This document shows, one piece after another, positions 31,754 to 42,277 of a stretch of 56,030 nucleotides of DNA. The translations under genes were made by a program, and so were the position numbers. Below the pieces are notes generated by a model. The model did no database searches. It was given only the letters and a program-made list of their open reading frames with translations, and was not told where the DNA came from. Origin of the DNA: a virus. Taxonomy: Duplodnaviria; Caudoviricetes. Each line of letters starts with the position of its first letter. Position 1 is the first letter of the stretch. Location of the stretch: positions 1-56,030 of the IMG/VR virus record IMGVR_UViG_3300012953_000002; one strand, written 5' to 3'.

Positions 31754-32284
31754 TTATTCACCTATAACGTATTGTAGCCAGACATTAAGCTTACCAGCTG
31801 TAAAAGCATCAGTTGCTATAGTAGCAGTGATCTCTCTTGCAGCAGTACACTTAATTGCTGTGGCTCCAGTACCTGCTGGTACAATACTATGTATACCAGC
31901 ATCCCATATATTACTACCGCCAGATATGGCAGTAGCAGTAACAAGGTCATTTGCAGTTTGTATATGCAAAGCCATAGTACCAGAGTCATCTGAACTAGTA
32001 CATGTTGTAACTACTTCAACAAAACCACCAGTAACGATAGCATTATCAGGTATAGTTACACCAAGACCAATTGCGCTAATAGCGCCACCGTCTACAGCAA
32101 AGTCATACTCAGCTTTAGCCCATCTACTTAAAGACATAGGACCATCAGCTGGTTCAGTATTACTAGCGTCTAACATATTTAACTCTGCTAAACTAACTGT
32201 AGTTGCTGAAAGCTCTTCTAACTTTTGTGCCTCGGCATCAGTAACTTCGCTATTAGGATTATTAGCTATCCAGTATTTACTCAT
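31754..32284 (-). CDS. Capsid-associated/decoration protein
   Basis: 176 aa, beta-rich, AGGAGG RBS, downstream of MCP. Confidence 0.6.
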   Translation of the reverse strand: MSKYWIANNPNSEVTDAEAQKLEELSATTVSLAELNMLDASNTEPADGPMSLSRWAKAEYDFAVDGGAISAIGLGVTIPDNAIVTGGFVEVVTTCTSSDDSGTMALHIQTANDLVTATAISGGSNIWDAGIHSIVPAGTGATAIKCTAAREITATIATDAFTAGKLNVWLQYVIGE

Positions 32285-32296
32285 TTAACTATCCTC

Positions 32297-32734
32297 CTAA
32301 CTTGTAACAGGAACAGCACCTAATAGAACAATCTTACAGTGTACAGGTGTAGTCGAGTTGTTAGATGTTACAGTTATTACTACATCTTCTCCTGAAGCCT
32401 CATACGATGGAGCATCCAAACCATAAATTCCATTAGCACTAATAGCTTCTTGGAATATTGTTAAATGATTTGTATGACCAAAGTCAAGATCTAAAGTAGC
32501 ACCAGGACTCATTCCTTTTACTTCGATGTAACCACCCCAGATTTGAATGTTTGCATTCCCTGAGGCAGGCATAGCATCTACAAAGGTTTTATCGTCTGTA
32601 CTTGCAGCAGATATAGTATGCTCTAGTTTATTAAGAGCTAAACTAGCACCACCTGGCTTACCATAAGCCAATATTCTACCTAAGTCAGATAATACTTCAT
32701 CTACCTTATTTTGTCCATAAATTGGATTTGCCAT
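32297..32734 (-). CDS. Capsid-associated protein
   Basis: 145 aa, MANPIYGQNK, directly after MCP. Confidence 0.55.
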   Translation of the reverse strand: MANPIYGQNKVDEVLSDLGRILAYGKPGGASLALNKLEHTISAASTDDKTFVDAMPASGNANIQIWGGYIEVKGMSPGATLDLDFGHTNHLTIFQEAISANGIYGLDAPSYEASGEDVVITVTSNNSTTPVHCKIVLLGAVPVTS

Positions 32735-32749
32735 AATTTATCTCCTTAT

Positions 32750-34318
32750 TTACGAAGCGGAATTAACCCACAGTGCATGCGATTCAGGCATTTCCCACTG
32801 CATTCCAGCTTCAGTTAAGATCATGTCTACTCGTCTGTCGACCCCAGAGTTTTCAAGTGTTTGCACACCAACATAGACGGATGTATCTCTATTTAAACCA
32901 TTTCCAACTAATGGACGATAAGCACAATGTTTCATATTAACACCTAGCATAGCAATATTAGTGCCATCTAAGTGAATATTTCTAACAACGTTCATATCAC
33001 CATATACTGTTGAAATAGTTGTAGTATCTAAGCCAAGAACTTTTTTTCTGCCTGTTACAGCTAAATCAGCTCTAAAGTTAGTTGAAATTTCCAAATTATT
33101 TTGGAAGTATCCACCTAATTTATGTAACCAATTATAAACTGCAGTAGAGCAGAAAAATACATTAGCTTTACTATTATTGTATCTTGGATCTAATAAATTA
33201 GAAAGATCATCTAAAAAGCTATCAGCTGTTTTAGAATTGATATTCAATTGAAAAGAATTACCATAAGTAGAAATCCAATCTACAGCTCCTTGTGTATAGT
33301 TTACACCAGATGCATCAGAATATTGAGAACCAAATAATAATGATTGTTCAATATCATACTTATGCTCAATTAACTTTTCTTTCCAGACCCTAGCCCACTC
33401 ATTTGATTCATATTTCAATGCAGTTGCTCTCGCAGTGTTTGTCATTGCACATGAAGTTTTCCATATTTGAGTTTGACCTTGTCCAGTTGAATAAGGTTGA
33501 TCTTTCCAAGTTTCTGGATAACCAGATCCTTCAGCAAAAGCAGAACCAATAACATAAGAACGTAAAGCTTCTAATTTACCAGCAACACTTTCACTTGAAA
33601 CAACATTTGATCCACCAGAAGCTCCTGTACTAAAACCAGTATCAAGGATATATGAAGCAAGTTCATTATCACTAGCTTTTTTTACTACAGTACCTGTAAT
33701 TAATTTACATTCTGCATTATCATTATCTACACCCATATTACTGGAAAGATCTTCAGTTTCTACATTTGTAATTTTAACTACATGGTATCCAGTTGTTTCA
33801 TGTGTAGCAGTACCTTCAGCTCTCACAGGAACTTTAATTAACTGACCTTCTAATAAAAACTCAGGTCTAGTTCCAGCTCCACCAACATTTACAGCTCCAC
33901 TACTAGCGCCATAAACACTACTTAGGTTACCTGCTGACAAGTAATCTGTTGCCATGTACAACTTAACTGTTCCACCAACAGCAACAGCACTAGCAGTGCT
34001 TGTATCATCGATTTCAGCATTATGTGGTTCAGCTGAACCAGATACTTTTTGTGCTACTACATAGGCATATCTTTTATGCCATGAAGGTCTCTTCTCAGTA
34101 AATTTAAAACTTGGATCATCAGTAGATTTTTTAGATACTTTACTTACAAATCTAAAAAACGGATCCTGAGCTATTGATAACTCAGAAACTCTGTCACCAA
34201 AGTTAAATTTTCTACGAAGATCACCAGTGTCAAGACCCGCACCATATCTACTACCTGACGTAACGCCAGAACTCGATGTGGTATCTGAATAAGTCTCTAC
34301 ATTAAATATATCAGACAT
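32750..34318 (-). CDS. Major capsid protein
   Basis: 522 aa after scaffold; TQIWKT, EHKYDIEQSLLFG, TVYGDMNVV and ILTEAGM fit HK97-fold podovirus MCPs. Confidence 0.85.
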   Translation of the reverse strand: MSDIFNVETYSDTTSSSGVTSGSRYGAGLDTGDLRRKFNFGDRVSELSIAQDPFFRFVSKVSKKSTDDPSFKFTEKRPSWHKRYAYVVAQKVSGSAEPHNAEIDDTSTASAVAVGGTVKLYMATDYLSAGNLSSVYGASSGAVNVGGAGTRPEFLLEGQLIKVPVRAEGTATHETTGYHVVKITNVETEDLSSNMGVDNDNAECKLITGTVVKKASDNELASYILDTGFSTGASGGSNVVSSESVAGKLEALRSYVIGSAFAEGSGYPETWKDQPYSTGQGQTQIWKTSCAMTNTARATALKYESNEWARVWKEKLIEHKYDIEQSLLFGSQYSDASGVNYTQGAVDWISTYGNSFQLNINSKTADSFLDDLSNLLDPRYNNSKANVFFCSTAVYNWLHKLGGYFQNNLEISTNFRADLAVTGRKKVLGLDTTTISTVYGDMNVVRNIHLDGTNIAMLGVNMKHCAYRPLVGNGLNRDTSVYVGVQTLENSGVDRRVDMILTEAGMQWEMPESHALWVNSAS

Positions 34319-34418
34319 TTAATCATCTCCTTTAACCATCACTCAGCTGTATATATCATTATATACCTTCGGTCAGGTTTGTTATTATTGCGCTCGGTAG
34401 ATGATCTAAAATTAGTAT

Positions 34419-35321
34419 CTATCCGAACAAGTTATCTACATCACCATCAAGACTTAGCATATTATCAAACAGTTTATTATCTGGTGATTTCTGCGAATTG
34501 CCTTGATTGTTTGAGTCAGAAGCACTTGCTGGAATATTACGTACATTTTTCATTTGTTTAAGCATATCTTGCTTAGTATTATTTGCAACATTTTTATTAG
34601 CTTTATCTTTATTTAAAATATAGTATGCATCATCAAGAGTCATTTTTCTTTGTGATGCAGCAGATTTAAATTGATCAAACTCTTCAGCAGTCATTCCATG
34701 TCTTTTAACAAACTCTTCTTGCTGCTTTTTAAGACCTATTTTTTGTTGCATTTGAGATGCAGCCTTTTTCTCCCTAGACAAAACTTGATTAACTCTACTT
34801 TGAACAAGACTATCAATATGAGCTTGTTGAACTTTAGCTGAATCAGATTTTGGATCTGTAACAGCTTCATTCGCATCATAAACAAAGTCTTCAGGTAAAT
34901 TTAATTTATTTTGAATAGTTTGATTTGGAACACCTCCATTTTTCAAATATCCACGTACGTGATCAACAAGACCACTGTCTCTTTTCATTGCTTCAAGAAC
35001 TGGTACGAAGGGTTTCAAGTCTCTAAGCTCTTCATACATTTTCGTAGCTTCTCTACTTGAATCCGTGTATCTTTTTTTATATGGGTTGCTCTCATTGTCC
35101 CAGTCCACTTGTTCGGATCCTTGTGATTTAGCGTGGGTTACCTTTGCGGGGCCACTATCATTAGGGGTTACCTCTTGTGGGGTAATTGGTTCTTCTCCCT
35201 CTGTCTGCATTCCATTAACGGAACTTTCCAGATTTTCAAAGAAATTGTCAGAGTCAAAAACAGCATCTTCAGCCTGAGCTTCTGTCGCTGGAATTGAGTT
35301 ACTTCCTTCTTCTTTTATCAT
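34419..35321 (-). CDS. Capsid scaffolding protein
   Basis: Acidic N-terminus, YKKRYTDSSREA, helical; lies between portal and MCP. Confidence 0.75.
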   Translation of the reverse strand: MIKEEGSNSIPATEAQAEDAVFDSDNFFENLESSVNGMQTEGEEPITPQEVTPNDSGPAKVTHAKSQGSEQVDWDNESNPYKKRYTDSSREATKMYEELRDLKPFVPVLEAMKRDSGLVDHVRGYLKNGGVPNQTIQNKLNLPEDFVYDANEAVTDPKSDSAKVQQAHIDSLVQSRVNQVLSREKKAASQMQQKIGLKKQQEEFVKRHGMTAEEFDQFKSAASQRKMTLDDAYYILNKDKANKNVANNTKQDMLKQMKNVRNIPASASDSNNQGNSQKSPDNKLFDNMLSLDGDVDNLFG

Positions 35322-35356
35322 TATCTCTCCTTTATGTTAAGAAATTTGAGTATAAT

Positions 35357-37656
35357 CTAATTCTTTTCAGTATTAGATTGCAAGTTTTTTATTATATTAT
35401 CTGCTTCCATTTTAATTCTTTCTTTTTGCTGGTTAGCTTCATCTATGACAACTTTTTGTGCAAGTTTTTGTTTTGCTTGAGTTTCAAGAAACTCTTTTTT
35501 AGTGTCTGTATCAACTTGAGATTTTTGTTTAGCTATTTCAACTTCTGCTTTATTCACTTTATCTTTTATACCAGCTTGAACTAATTGTCTTTCTAATGTT
35601 TCAATAGTTCCAGTTTGTTTTTTAAGTTGTTCTTCCATTCCTTGAACTTGACCTTGTAGCTGAGAATATACACTTTTTCTTTTAGCAATTTGTTCTTTAT
35701 TTTTTAAATCAGTTTCTGCTAATACAGCTATATCATCAACAATACCCATTTGCATCATATCTTTTAATTCAGCCAAATATGCCCACCTATTAACAGGCAT
35801 TGTAGAACCTGCAACTATTCTAATATCAAATTTAGCTGATGCATAATCTTTTAATTTACCTACAGCTTCACCTAAATCATTATATATAGGAATATTAATT
35901 TCAATTTCTCTTTGTTCTTGAATAGCACTAGGCTGAACAATTCTAAATACTTTATGAGCAGTATAAACAGATTGAGTAAATTGTTTCACAACTAACCCAA
36001 TTTGTTTTAATCCAGGCTCTAAAGCATTTTGCATCCATTGTTTAATTCTTCTAGTACCATATTCATCCATAGCCAACATACCTCTATATGTTTCATGTTG
36101 AGATCCAGTATCTCCCATCATAGAAGAATATATTCCTGCTAAATATTCCATATCTCCTTTTGCATTTTGTACAATATTAAAAAATGCACTATTTAATGGA
36201 GCTGGTTGAATAGCTTGTGGAGCTTGAGAACCAGGTCTTATTGGTAACAATGCTCCTGGAGAACTTGCATATTTTTCCCAATAATCAGTATCAATACTTC
36301 CTTCTTCATGCATCCATCTTAAAGAACTACCTAGTGAAGCATTATGTATAAGTAATTGATGAGACTTATTAACTTCTCTTTGTTTGCCTATTAATGGAGA
36401 AACTGCCGATATTGGATATGGAGTTCCTGTCCATTTATAATGTAATGGTACAATAGGATATTCTGTAATCCCTTCTGGTAAAATTTTTGTAAATAATGTT
36501 TTATCTCCAGCAATGCAACATTTTTGTATTCTTGTTCCATGAAATTCAACTGCATCAACAATTTTATCTTTAAAAGCAGTATCTTTTACCATTATTTGAT
36601 ATTCTTTATCACTAATAACAACGTTCTGAACTATACTAGCATTTTTTTGTAATTCAGCAGTCATCTGTTCTTGAGCTTGTTGTAATTGCATTTGCATATT
36701 TTGTTGTAATTTTTGTATTTCTAATTCATATCTTTCTGGAATCATTTCTCCAGATTGGACTGCCATTTCCATAGCTTTTTGCTGTTCTAAAAATCCTACT
36801 TCTAATTCAGCTTGCATTTCTTGCATTTTTACTGAAACTTGTTGTTGTATTTGTTGCAATACTTCTTTAGTTAATGGTTCTTGATAAATACATTAACATA
36901 TTTAATTTTAATTTTTTCATACATTTCAAAATATTCTATAGCTTCTTCTCTATCTCCTTCTAAAGTAGATGTATCTGAAGAGTCAATATCTTTATAACCA
37001 AAATCTTTCATAGTAGTAGATCTAGATTTTTCACTATAATCATATTCATTATCATTTAATGAACCAGCTTTTTTAATTTTATTTTTATAATCAGGATAAA
37101 TAGAAATTAAATGATCTTTAGGTAAAATTTTTCTAATTAAAATAAATGAAGCATCTCTAAATAATAAATCTCTTGATTTTGGATCTACAAAAACATCAAA
37201 TGGTTCTGGATTTTTAATAACAACATCCCCCATCCCATTATCTGAATCAGTATCTACTGTAATATGTAGATAGCCTACTCCTTTTGTAACTGCATCATTA
37301 ACAGCATTAGCATAAAGAGAGGATCCATCAGAATTGTCCCATATATAATCGGCCATATCAGAAAATACAGCAGCAACATCAATGTCACTACCTTCTGCGC
37401 CAATGGCTTGCCATCTAGGTTTGTTAGCTGTGGCGTAAAAATTTAACATTTCTACTACAGGCATAATGCGGTTGATTGTGAATGTTGGCATGCCTTGTTC
37501 TTCTAATGCAACCCTCTCTTCATCAGTTAGTTGATTATCATTAGCAAAATCTACACCTTTTTGATTAACATATTCCCATTGGGCTCTATATTCACCATTT
37601 GCTATTTCAAATATATCTTTTATTCGTAATGCATTTTTATCTGTTCTTTTTGCCAT
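35357..37656 (-). CDS. Portal protein (P22-like), split by a 1-nt frameshift near 36886-36888
   Basis: TINRI and EPFDVFVDP in the first part; YPIVP and QREVNK in the second. Adding one T gives ...VFYQEPLTKEVLQQ..., 766 aa. Confidence 0.85.
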
Positions 37657-37669
37657 TTAATCTCCTTAA

Positions 37670-38368
37670 TTAATAAACATCGATGCTTTTTGATTCATCG
37701 TATACTTTATGAACTTTTTTTAAAAATTGCTTAGGTAATCCCTTTTCCCATATAGGCATGCCAAGATATGTTCCAGCTTCATCATACAAATCATCTATTG
37801 TTCTTAATGCCTGTTTACCCCAAGCATTTAATGCATTTTTTAAAACATAAGATTCAGGTACTTCAAATTCTAATATTATACCATCTTTATGTCCTTGTGC
37901 ATAATGCATTGCTTGTTCTTTATCAGTAGCAGTATATAAAACTTTTTGACGCTCACCTCTTACCATTCTCATACTTCTTTCTCCACTAGATACAAAATGA
38001 TCATTTTTTATCATTGATCCAGGATACCAATCTCTATATCCTCTATATATTTTAACTAAAGGCTCACCACTTTGCTTTAATACTTTTTGAGTTTTTCTTA
38101 TTTCATTAATAGCAGGTAGTATAGACGCAAATGATATAGCAGCTTTTCCATAATTTCCTTCAACAGTATATAAAGCAGCATTAAGTGCATCTGCCCCTGG
38201 AAAAACAATTCCCATATCGCTAAAAACTTTATGAATTCCTTCTAAAGTACCAGCATCTTCTGGCCTATTAACATATTTGTTTAAATAATAATCAGCATTA
38301 GCTCCTGTATAATCAATTTCAGGATCTACATTATTTATTGCATCAAATATCTGATTATTAGAAGCCAT
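37670..38368 (-). CDS. Putative polymorphic-toxin-like protein (pre-toxin helix pair plus ART-like domain)
   Basis: ADALNAALYTVEGNYGKAAISFASILP, then IYRG...LYTATDKEQAMHYA...ILEFEVP. Confidence 0.5.
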   Translation of the reverse strand: MASNNQIFDAINNVDPEIDYTGANADYYLNKYVNRPEDAGTLEGIHKVFSDMGIVFPGADALNAALYTVEGNYGKAAISFASILPAINEIRKTQKVLKQSGEPLVKIYRGYRDWYPGSMIKNDHFVSSGERSMRMVRGERQKVLYTATDKEQAMHYAQGHKDGIILEFEVPESYVLKNALNAWGKQALRTIDDLYDEAGTYLGMPIWEKGLPKQFLKKVHKVYDESKSIDVY

Positions 38369-38553
38369 TAATACATTTTTTTCTTATTATTTCTTCTTCC
38401 TGTTAAAATATTACCTATTGTTGGAGTTCCCATTCTTCTAGAACCTCCAGATCCTGGTTTTCTTTTCATTCTCATTCCAGGCTTTTGTCCCATTCCAAGT
38501 TTATTATTAGACTTTATTCGAGGGAACATTTTACTCATTGTTTTTTTGAACAT
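38368..38553 (-). CDS. Small basic protein
   Basis: 61 aa, K/R/M/G-rich, AGGAG RBS. Confidence 0.6.
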   Translation of the reverse strand: MFKKTMSKMFPRIKSNNKLGMGQKPGMRMKRKPGSGGSRRMGTPTIGNILTGRRNNKKKMY

Positions 38554-38562
38554 TATATCTCC

Positions 38563-40116
38563 TTACGCTACTACCCAGCTTTTTGCTGAGGGTTTATGTT
38601 TATACCAATCTCCATTTTTTCTTTTCTTCATGGATTTTGGTGGATGAGCATACTTACAAGCATAAGCCAAAGCATCAATTGTATCATCATGTCCCATACG
38701 TGGTCCAAAAATTAAAATCTCATGTTGCAATTCATATTGTTCTTTTTTTAAATGAACGCTACCTATTGAGAATCTTTGCGCCAGAATTTCTTGAATTCTA
38801 TCACGTTTCGACATTCTTGTGCCAGGTTTTTCCGCATTATATTTAACGCTAAAGTCGTTTCGTCTACGCATTTCTGATACCAACGCTTGGAAAACTGGTT
38901 TGGACATACTTGTATCCTCAATCGTATGTATGGAAGGGTGATATGTTTTGTTATAATCAAAAATATAATCCACAATCCCTTTTTTACTTTCTCCAGGAAT
39001 CCCAAGAACAGGTATCGAACGCTTGCGAACGTAATCAAGCACATATACATTATTATTGCCATCAACTGCGACATACAATAAAACACTGAAGTCAGTATCG
39101 CGCCTAGTACTATCAGTGGCGGGATCAACACCTGCAAAAACATTGACAGGTATTTCTTCACCTTTATTAATAACATATGATACTTCTGTATCTTCATCAT
39201 ACCGAAAGCTTCCTTCCCAATATTTTATATGATCTCTGGTAAATATAGAATCTTCTTTGCTTTGAACTTCCATCATATATTCTTGATAGAACTTCTGCGG
39301 TTGACCAGAATCAGAATAAAACTTTTTCTTCCTCTCCATTTCTTTTTCACCAAACCACGAAGGCCATAACGGTGTACCATCTTCTAGTATAGCTTTATAT
39401 GTAACTACATCCCAACTAAATTTTTCACCACGTTTTTTAGCTTGGTCATGGCCAACCAATATATTTTGTATAAAAGCATCAAAATGAACAGGAGTCCCGT
39501 TGATCCTAAGACGACCAGTACCAGGTTCAAGAGCAGGAAATACAACAGCTGTAACAAGATTACTGATTTTAGCTCTAGACTCAGGCGTAACGGTATTATT
39601 TTCATCTTCAAAGTCATCCAAGACGATAAGATCATACCTCTTGTGTAACTTAGCGCCTCCTCTAATTCCTGATAAGTTGGACTTACTAATAAGTTTGCAA
39701 CCATTCTTAAGCTCAATATCATCTTCTGTCCATTTTCTTCCTTTTAAATTACCGAAATAATACAAAAACTTATCGTTATATTCCAAATGATATTTAATAT
39801 AGTCGAGATTGGGAACCGAAATTTTAGAAGAGGCTGCAACCCAACCATAAAATAATGGATCTTTAGTGAAAGCAAAATCGTGAAGTATATTGCATTTTGT
39901 AAGTACTGTTTTTCCATGACCCCTAGGTAAAATAATTGCTGTTTGTTTAATATCTTTGTTAGAAATAATATCTGCTACTTGATAATGAAAGAATGGTGTT
40001 TCTGACCTCATAAAATCATCTGCTAAAAATAATTTACCAAATGCTATCATATCTTTTTTTGCTAATTCTAAAGTCTCTTCTTCTTTTGATATATTATGTT
40101 TATTAATATTAGCCAT
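38563..40116 (-). CDS. terL: Terminase large subunit
   Basis: Walker A PRGHGKT, Walker B IVLDDFE, nuclease GVDPA and HDDTIDALAY; likely ATG at 40116. Confidence 0.95.
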   Translation of the reverse strand: MANINKHNISKEEETLELAKKDMIAFGKLFLADDFMRSETPFFHYQVADIISNKDIKQTAIILPRGHGKTVLTKCNILHDFAFTKDPLFYGWVAASSKISVPNLDYIKYHLEYNDKFLYYFGNLKGRKWTEDDIELKNGCKLISKSNLSGIRGGAKLHKRYDLIVLDDFEDENNTVTPESRAKISNLVTAVVFPALEPGTGRLRINGTPVHFDAFIQNILVGHDQAKKRGEKFSWDVVTYKAILEDGTPLWPSWFGEKEMERKKKFYSDSGQPQKFYQEYMMEVQSKEDSIFTRDHIKYWEGSFRYDEDTEVSYVINKGEEIPVNVFAGVDPATDSTRRDTDFSVLLYVAVDGNNNVYVLDYVRKRSIPVLGIPGESKKGIVDYIFDYNKTYHPSIHTIEDTSMSKPVFQALVSEMRRRNDFSVKYNAEKPGTRMSKRDRIQEILAQRFSIGSVHLKKEQYELQHEILIFGPRMGHDDTIDALAYACKYAHPPKSMKKRKNGDWYKHKPSAKSWVVA

Positions 40117-40117
40117 T

Positions 40118-40300
40118 TTACCACTTTCCAATTGGACACTTTGCAGGTCCAAGTAATGTTTTTATTTTCATAAAACACCCACATTGAGTGCATCGAAAAT
40201 TTTTAGTTAAAAAAGGACATGTACTACATTCTTTTATTCTACTTTTAACTATATCAGAGTCTGCTTTAACATAATCTTTAAATGTACTAAAAAAACTCAT
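40118..40300 (-). CDS. Small Cys-rich Zn-binding protein
   Basis: CSTC...CTQCGC...KCPIGKW. Confidence 0.7.
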   Translation of the reverse strand: MSFFSTFKDYVKADSDIVKSRIKECSTCPFLTKNFRCTQCGCFMKIKTLLGPAKCPIGKW

Positions 40301-41028
40301 TTTTCTATTTCTTTTGGTCTTTTTATTTCTTCTAAAGCATTTTCCCCAAAACCTTTAAAGACTGCGCCTGATATTTGTGTAACCTTAGTTTGACCTTTAT
40401 CCTCTAAGTCCATTATATCAGATAATTTAAATAAAGCTTTTAATCTAGTATCAGACTTCTCAGCCGTCTCAGCCTCTGATTTAATACCTTTAAGTATATA
40501 TTCTTCATTTACACCTAATTCTTCTAATACTGGTTTTAATTCTTCTTTCATAGCTGTCTTAATCCTTTCAGTTTTTACTAGACTACTTGATTTTTCTACT
40601 GCATATCTAATATTATTAGTAGGAAATGCTTTTAAGTAGGCTTGTTCTGGTTTCATACCTTGAGAAAGGTATAAAACGAAGACAGATTCAGCCTTGGTCA
40701 GATTTTTACGGTCTAAGAGAATATTATCTGGGCTTTTACTCCCCCCGAATGAGTATATATTAGCCCTTTTAGATGCATCCATCTTTACACGGGGTCCTAT
40801 AGGAAATGTACCAGTGCACGTTCCTATGTATTCTCTGACCTTATCTCTACCTTTCGAGCGTAACATCTGCCCTCGTCTTAATACTTGAATGACGCACTCA
40901 TCATCAGTTCTTACCCAGTCGCCTACTTCACCATCCCTCCAGTCGCTAATTACTTTAAGACTTTGCGGCAGCTGGTCTTCTGGTTCGAACACGTGATGAA
41001 CCAGCTTTTTTATCTTGTAGCTTCTCAT
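40297..41028 (-). CDS. Probable terminase small subunit
   Basis: Upstream of terL; HTH-like EQAYLKAFP and helical RLKALFKL segment. Confidence 0.6.
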   Translation of the reverse strand: MRSYKIKKLVHHVFEPEDQLPQSLKVISDWRDGEVGDWVRTDDECVIQVLRRGQMLRSKGRDKVREYIGTCTGTFPIGPRVKMDASKRANIYSFGGSKSPDNILLDRKNLTKAESVFVLYLSQGMKPEQAYLKAFPTNNIRYAVEKSSSLVKTERIKTAMKEELKPVLEELGVNEEYILKGIKSEAETAEKSDTRLKALFKLSDIMDLEDKGQTKVTQISGAVFKGFGENALEEIKRPKEIEK

Positions 41029-41170
41029 CTTTCTTCACCTCTTTCTGTTTAACCTCTTTTTTCTTAGTTAAAACAGATAGGTACTCCTCCATATGTTTTA
41101 TTCGAGCTTTTAATTGCTTGAGTTCTTTCGCTTGCGCTCTATACTTCTCGCCCAATGTCCATACATCCAT
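40955..41170 (-). CDS. Hypothetical coiled-coil protein
   Basis: 71 aa, GGGAG RBS. Confidence 0.55.
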   Translation of the reverse strand: MDVWTLGEKYRAQAKELKQLKARIKHMEEYLSVLTKKKEVKQKEVKKDEKLQDKKAGSSRVRTRRPAAAKS

Positions 41171-41216
41171 TATTATCTCCCTGGTTATTAACGAGGCCGC
41201 GCCAGCGGCCGCTTAC

Positions 41217-41402
41217 TTATGCTTCTGCTAAATCATCGGTTAAGCAAGCTATATCCGTGTCACTAAAGTACTTATCCATTTCTACCTCGTATATTATTCG
41301 TTTAGTATCAGAGGTATCATCAATAATTTTCTCTTCAATGTATTCGCAATTATCTCCGTTATCATCATACTCAATAGTTAATACATACTTTTTTAATGCC
41401 AT
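41217..41402 (-). CDS. Small acidic protein, first gene of the minus arm
   Basis: 61 aa, AGGAGG RBS. Confidence 0.65.
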   Translation of the reverse strand: MALKKYVLTIEYDDNGDNCEYIEEKIIDDTSDTKRIIYEVEMDKYFSDTDIACLTDDLAEA

Positions 41403-41778
41403 AACTATAACCTCCTTTTCTAAATTTATTATATCATATATTATATACTTTTATTTAAAAAATCAAGAATTATTTTAGAGCTGTAAGTTACTTAAATATA
41501 AGGACTTACGAGTTTTACATACTAACTAGTCGGTTTTGTGTAAGCAATCCTAGATTTTGTCGAAGAGGGTGGTGAAATATTATGTTAGGTTCACGAAGAG
41601 AAAAGGTTTCAAAATTGTAGCATTTTATCGTGTGGTCTTTTTGATTATAACCGCCCTATCGGGCGGATTTCCAAAAGGAAATTTTAGTTAAAAATCATAT
41701 AGATTTTTTTAATATATATAATATATAAAATATAATGTAGTAATAAAATATAATGTAATAATAATGGAGGTAGTAATC
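41403..41778. promoter_or_regulatory. Divergent control region
   Basis: Non-coding gap between arms. Minus-strand TTGATT (41461-41466) with TATAAT-like boxes; GC hairpin 41651-41666; TAAAATATAATGTA twice. Confidence 0.6.
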
Positions 41779-42039
41779 ATGACTGATGAAAAGATGATGT
41801 ATATGAATGAAATCAAGAAAGTGTTTAGAACCTTTCGTCCTAAAATAGCTGCTGCTCCTGCAAAAGCGGGTTATAACCAAATATTGAAATGTAAGATACC
41901 TTCTCAATATGATCTTAAAAGACAGAGAGATACTGTTATACAAGATATTGTTGATGAAGCTAGAATATTTGGAGTTGATCTACAGATTGGGACTGAAGCA
42001 GAGTATGTTAGCCCTTTCGATAAACCTAAAGATGAGTAG
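41779..42039 (+). CDS. Hypothetical early protein
   Basis: GGAGG at 41766 favours ATG 41779. Confidence 0.65.
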   Translation: MTDEKMMYMNEIKKVFRTFRPKIAAAPAKAGYNQILKCKIPSQYDLKRQRDTVIQDIVDEARIFGVDLQIGTEAEYVSPFDKPKDE

Positions 42040-42053
42040 TTCTTTAGGTTTTT
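42022..42053 (+). terminator. Hairpin over the stop codon, possible terminator
   Basis: AAACCTAAAGA/TCTTTAGGTTT 11-bp stem ending in a T-run. Confidence 0.4.
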
Positions 42054-42152
42054 AGGTAAAGATTGACTTTATTGTAGTAATTGAGTAAGACTCGGAGAAT
42101 TATATGCGCTTGGCAACAGAAAAGCATATCACTACTATCGGTGCTTTACTTA
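42053..42152 (+). ncRNA. Structured RNA candidate 1
   Basis: UAGGUAAAG/CUUUACUUA closing stem, GUAGU/ACUAC, GAGU-AAG-ACUC, AUAUGC/GCAUAU with a UG-GCAA-CA tetraloop. Confidence 0.5.
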
Positions 42153-42277
42153 TTATATAGTATAAACTTACACTAAACCATCTGTAATAGAATCAACCCA
42201 ATAAATCTAATCTGGGGTAATGTATTCGTTGATGTAAGTAAGTTGAATTTTCATTAAATTAAACGAGGAGAGTAATT

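Noticed and set aside
2939-40888. Plus-strand ORFs in the structural arm (e.g. 20039..20518, 31740..32288) and nested minus ORFs (17098..17286, 38763..39200, 39405..39722)
   Set aside because: Antisense or out-of-frame shadows of long genes that have RBSs and motifs.
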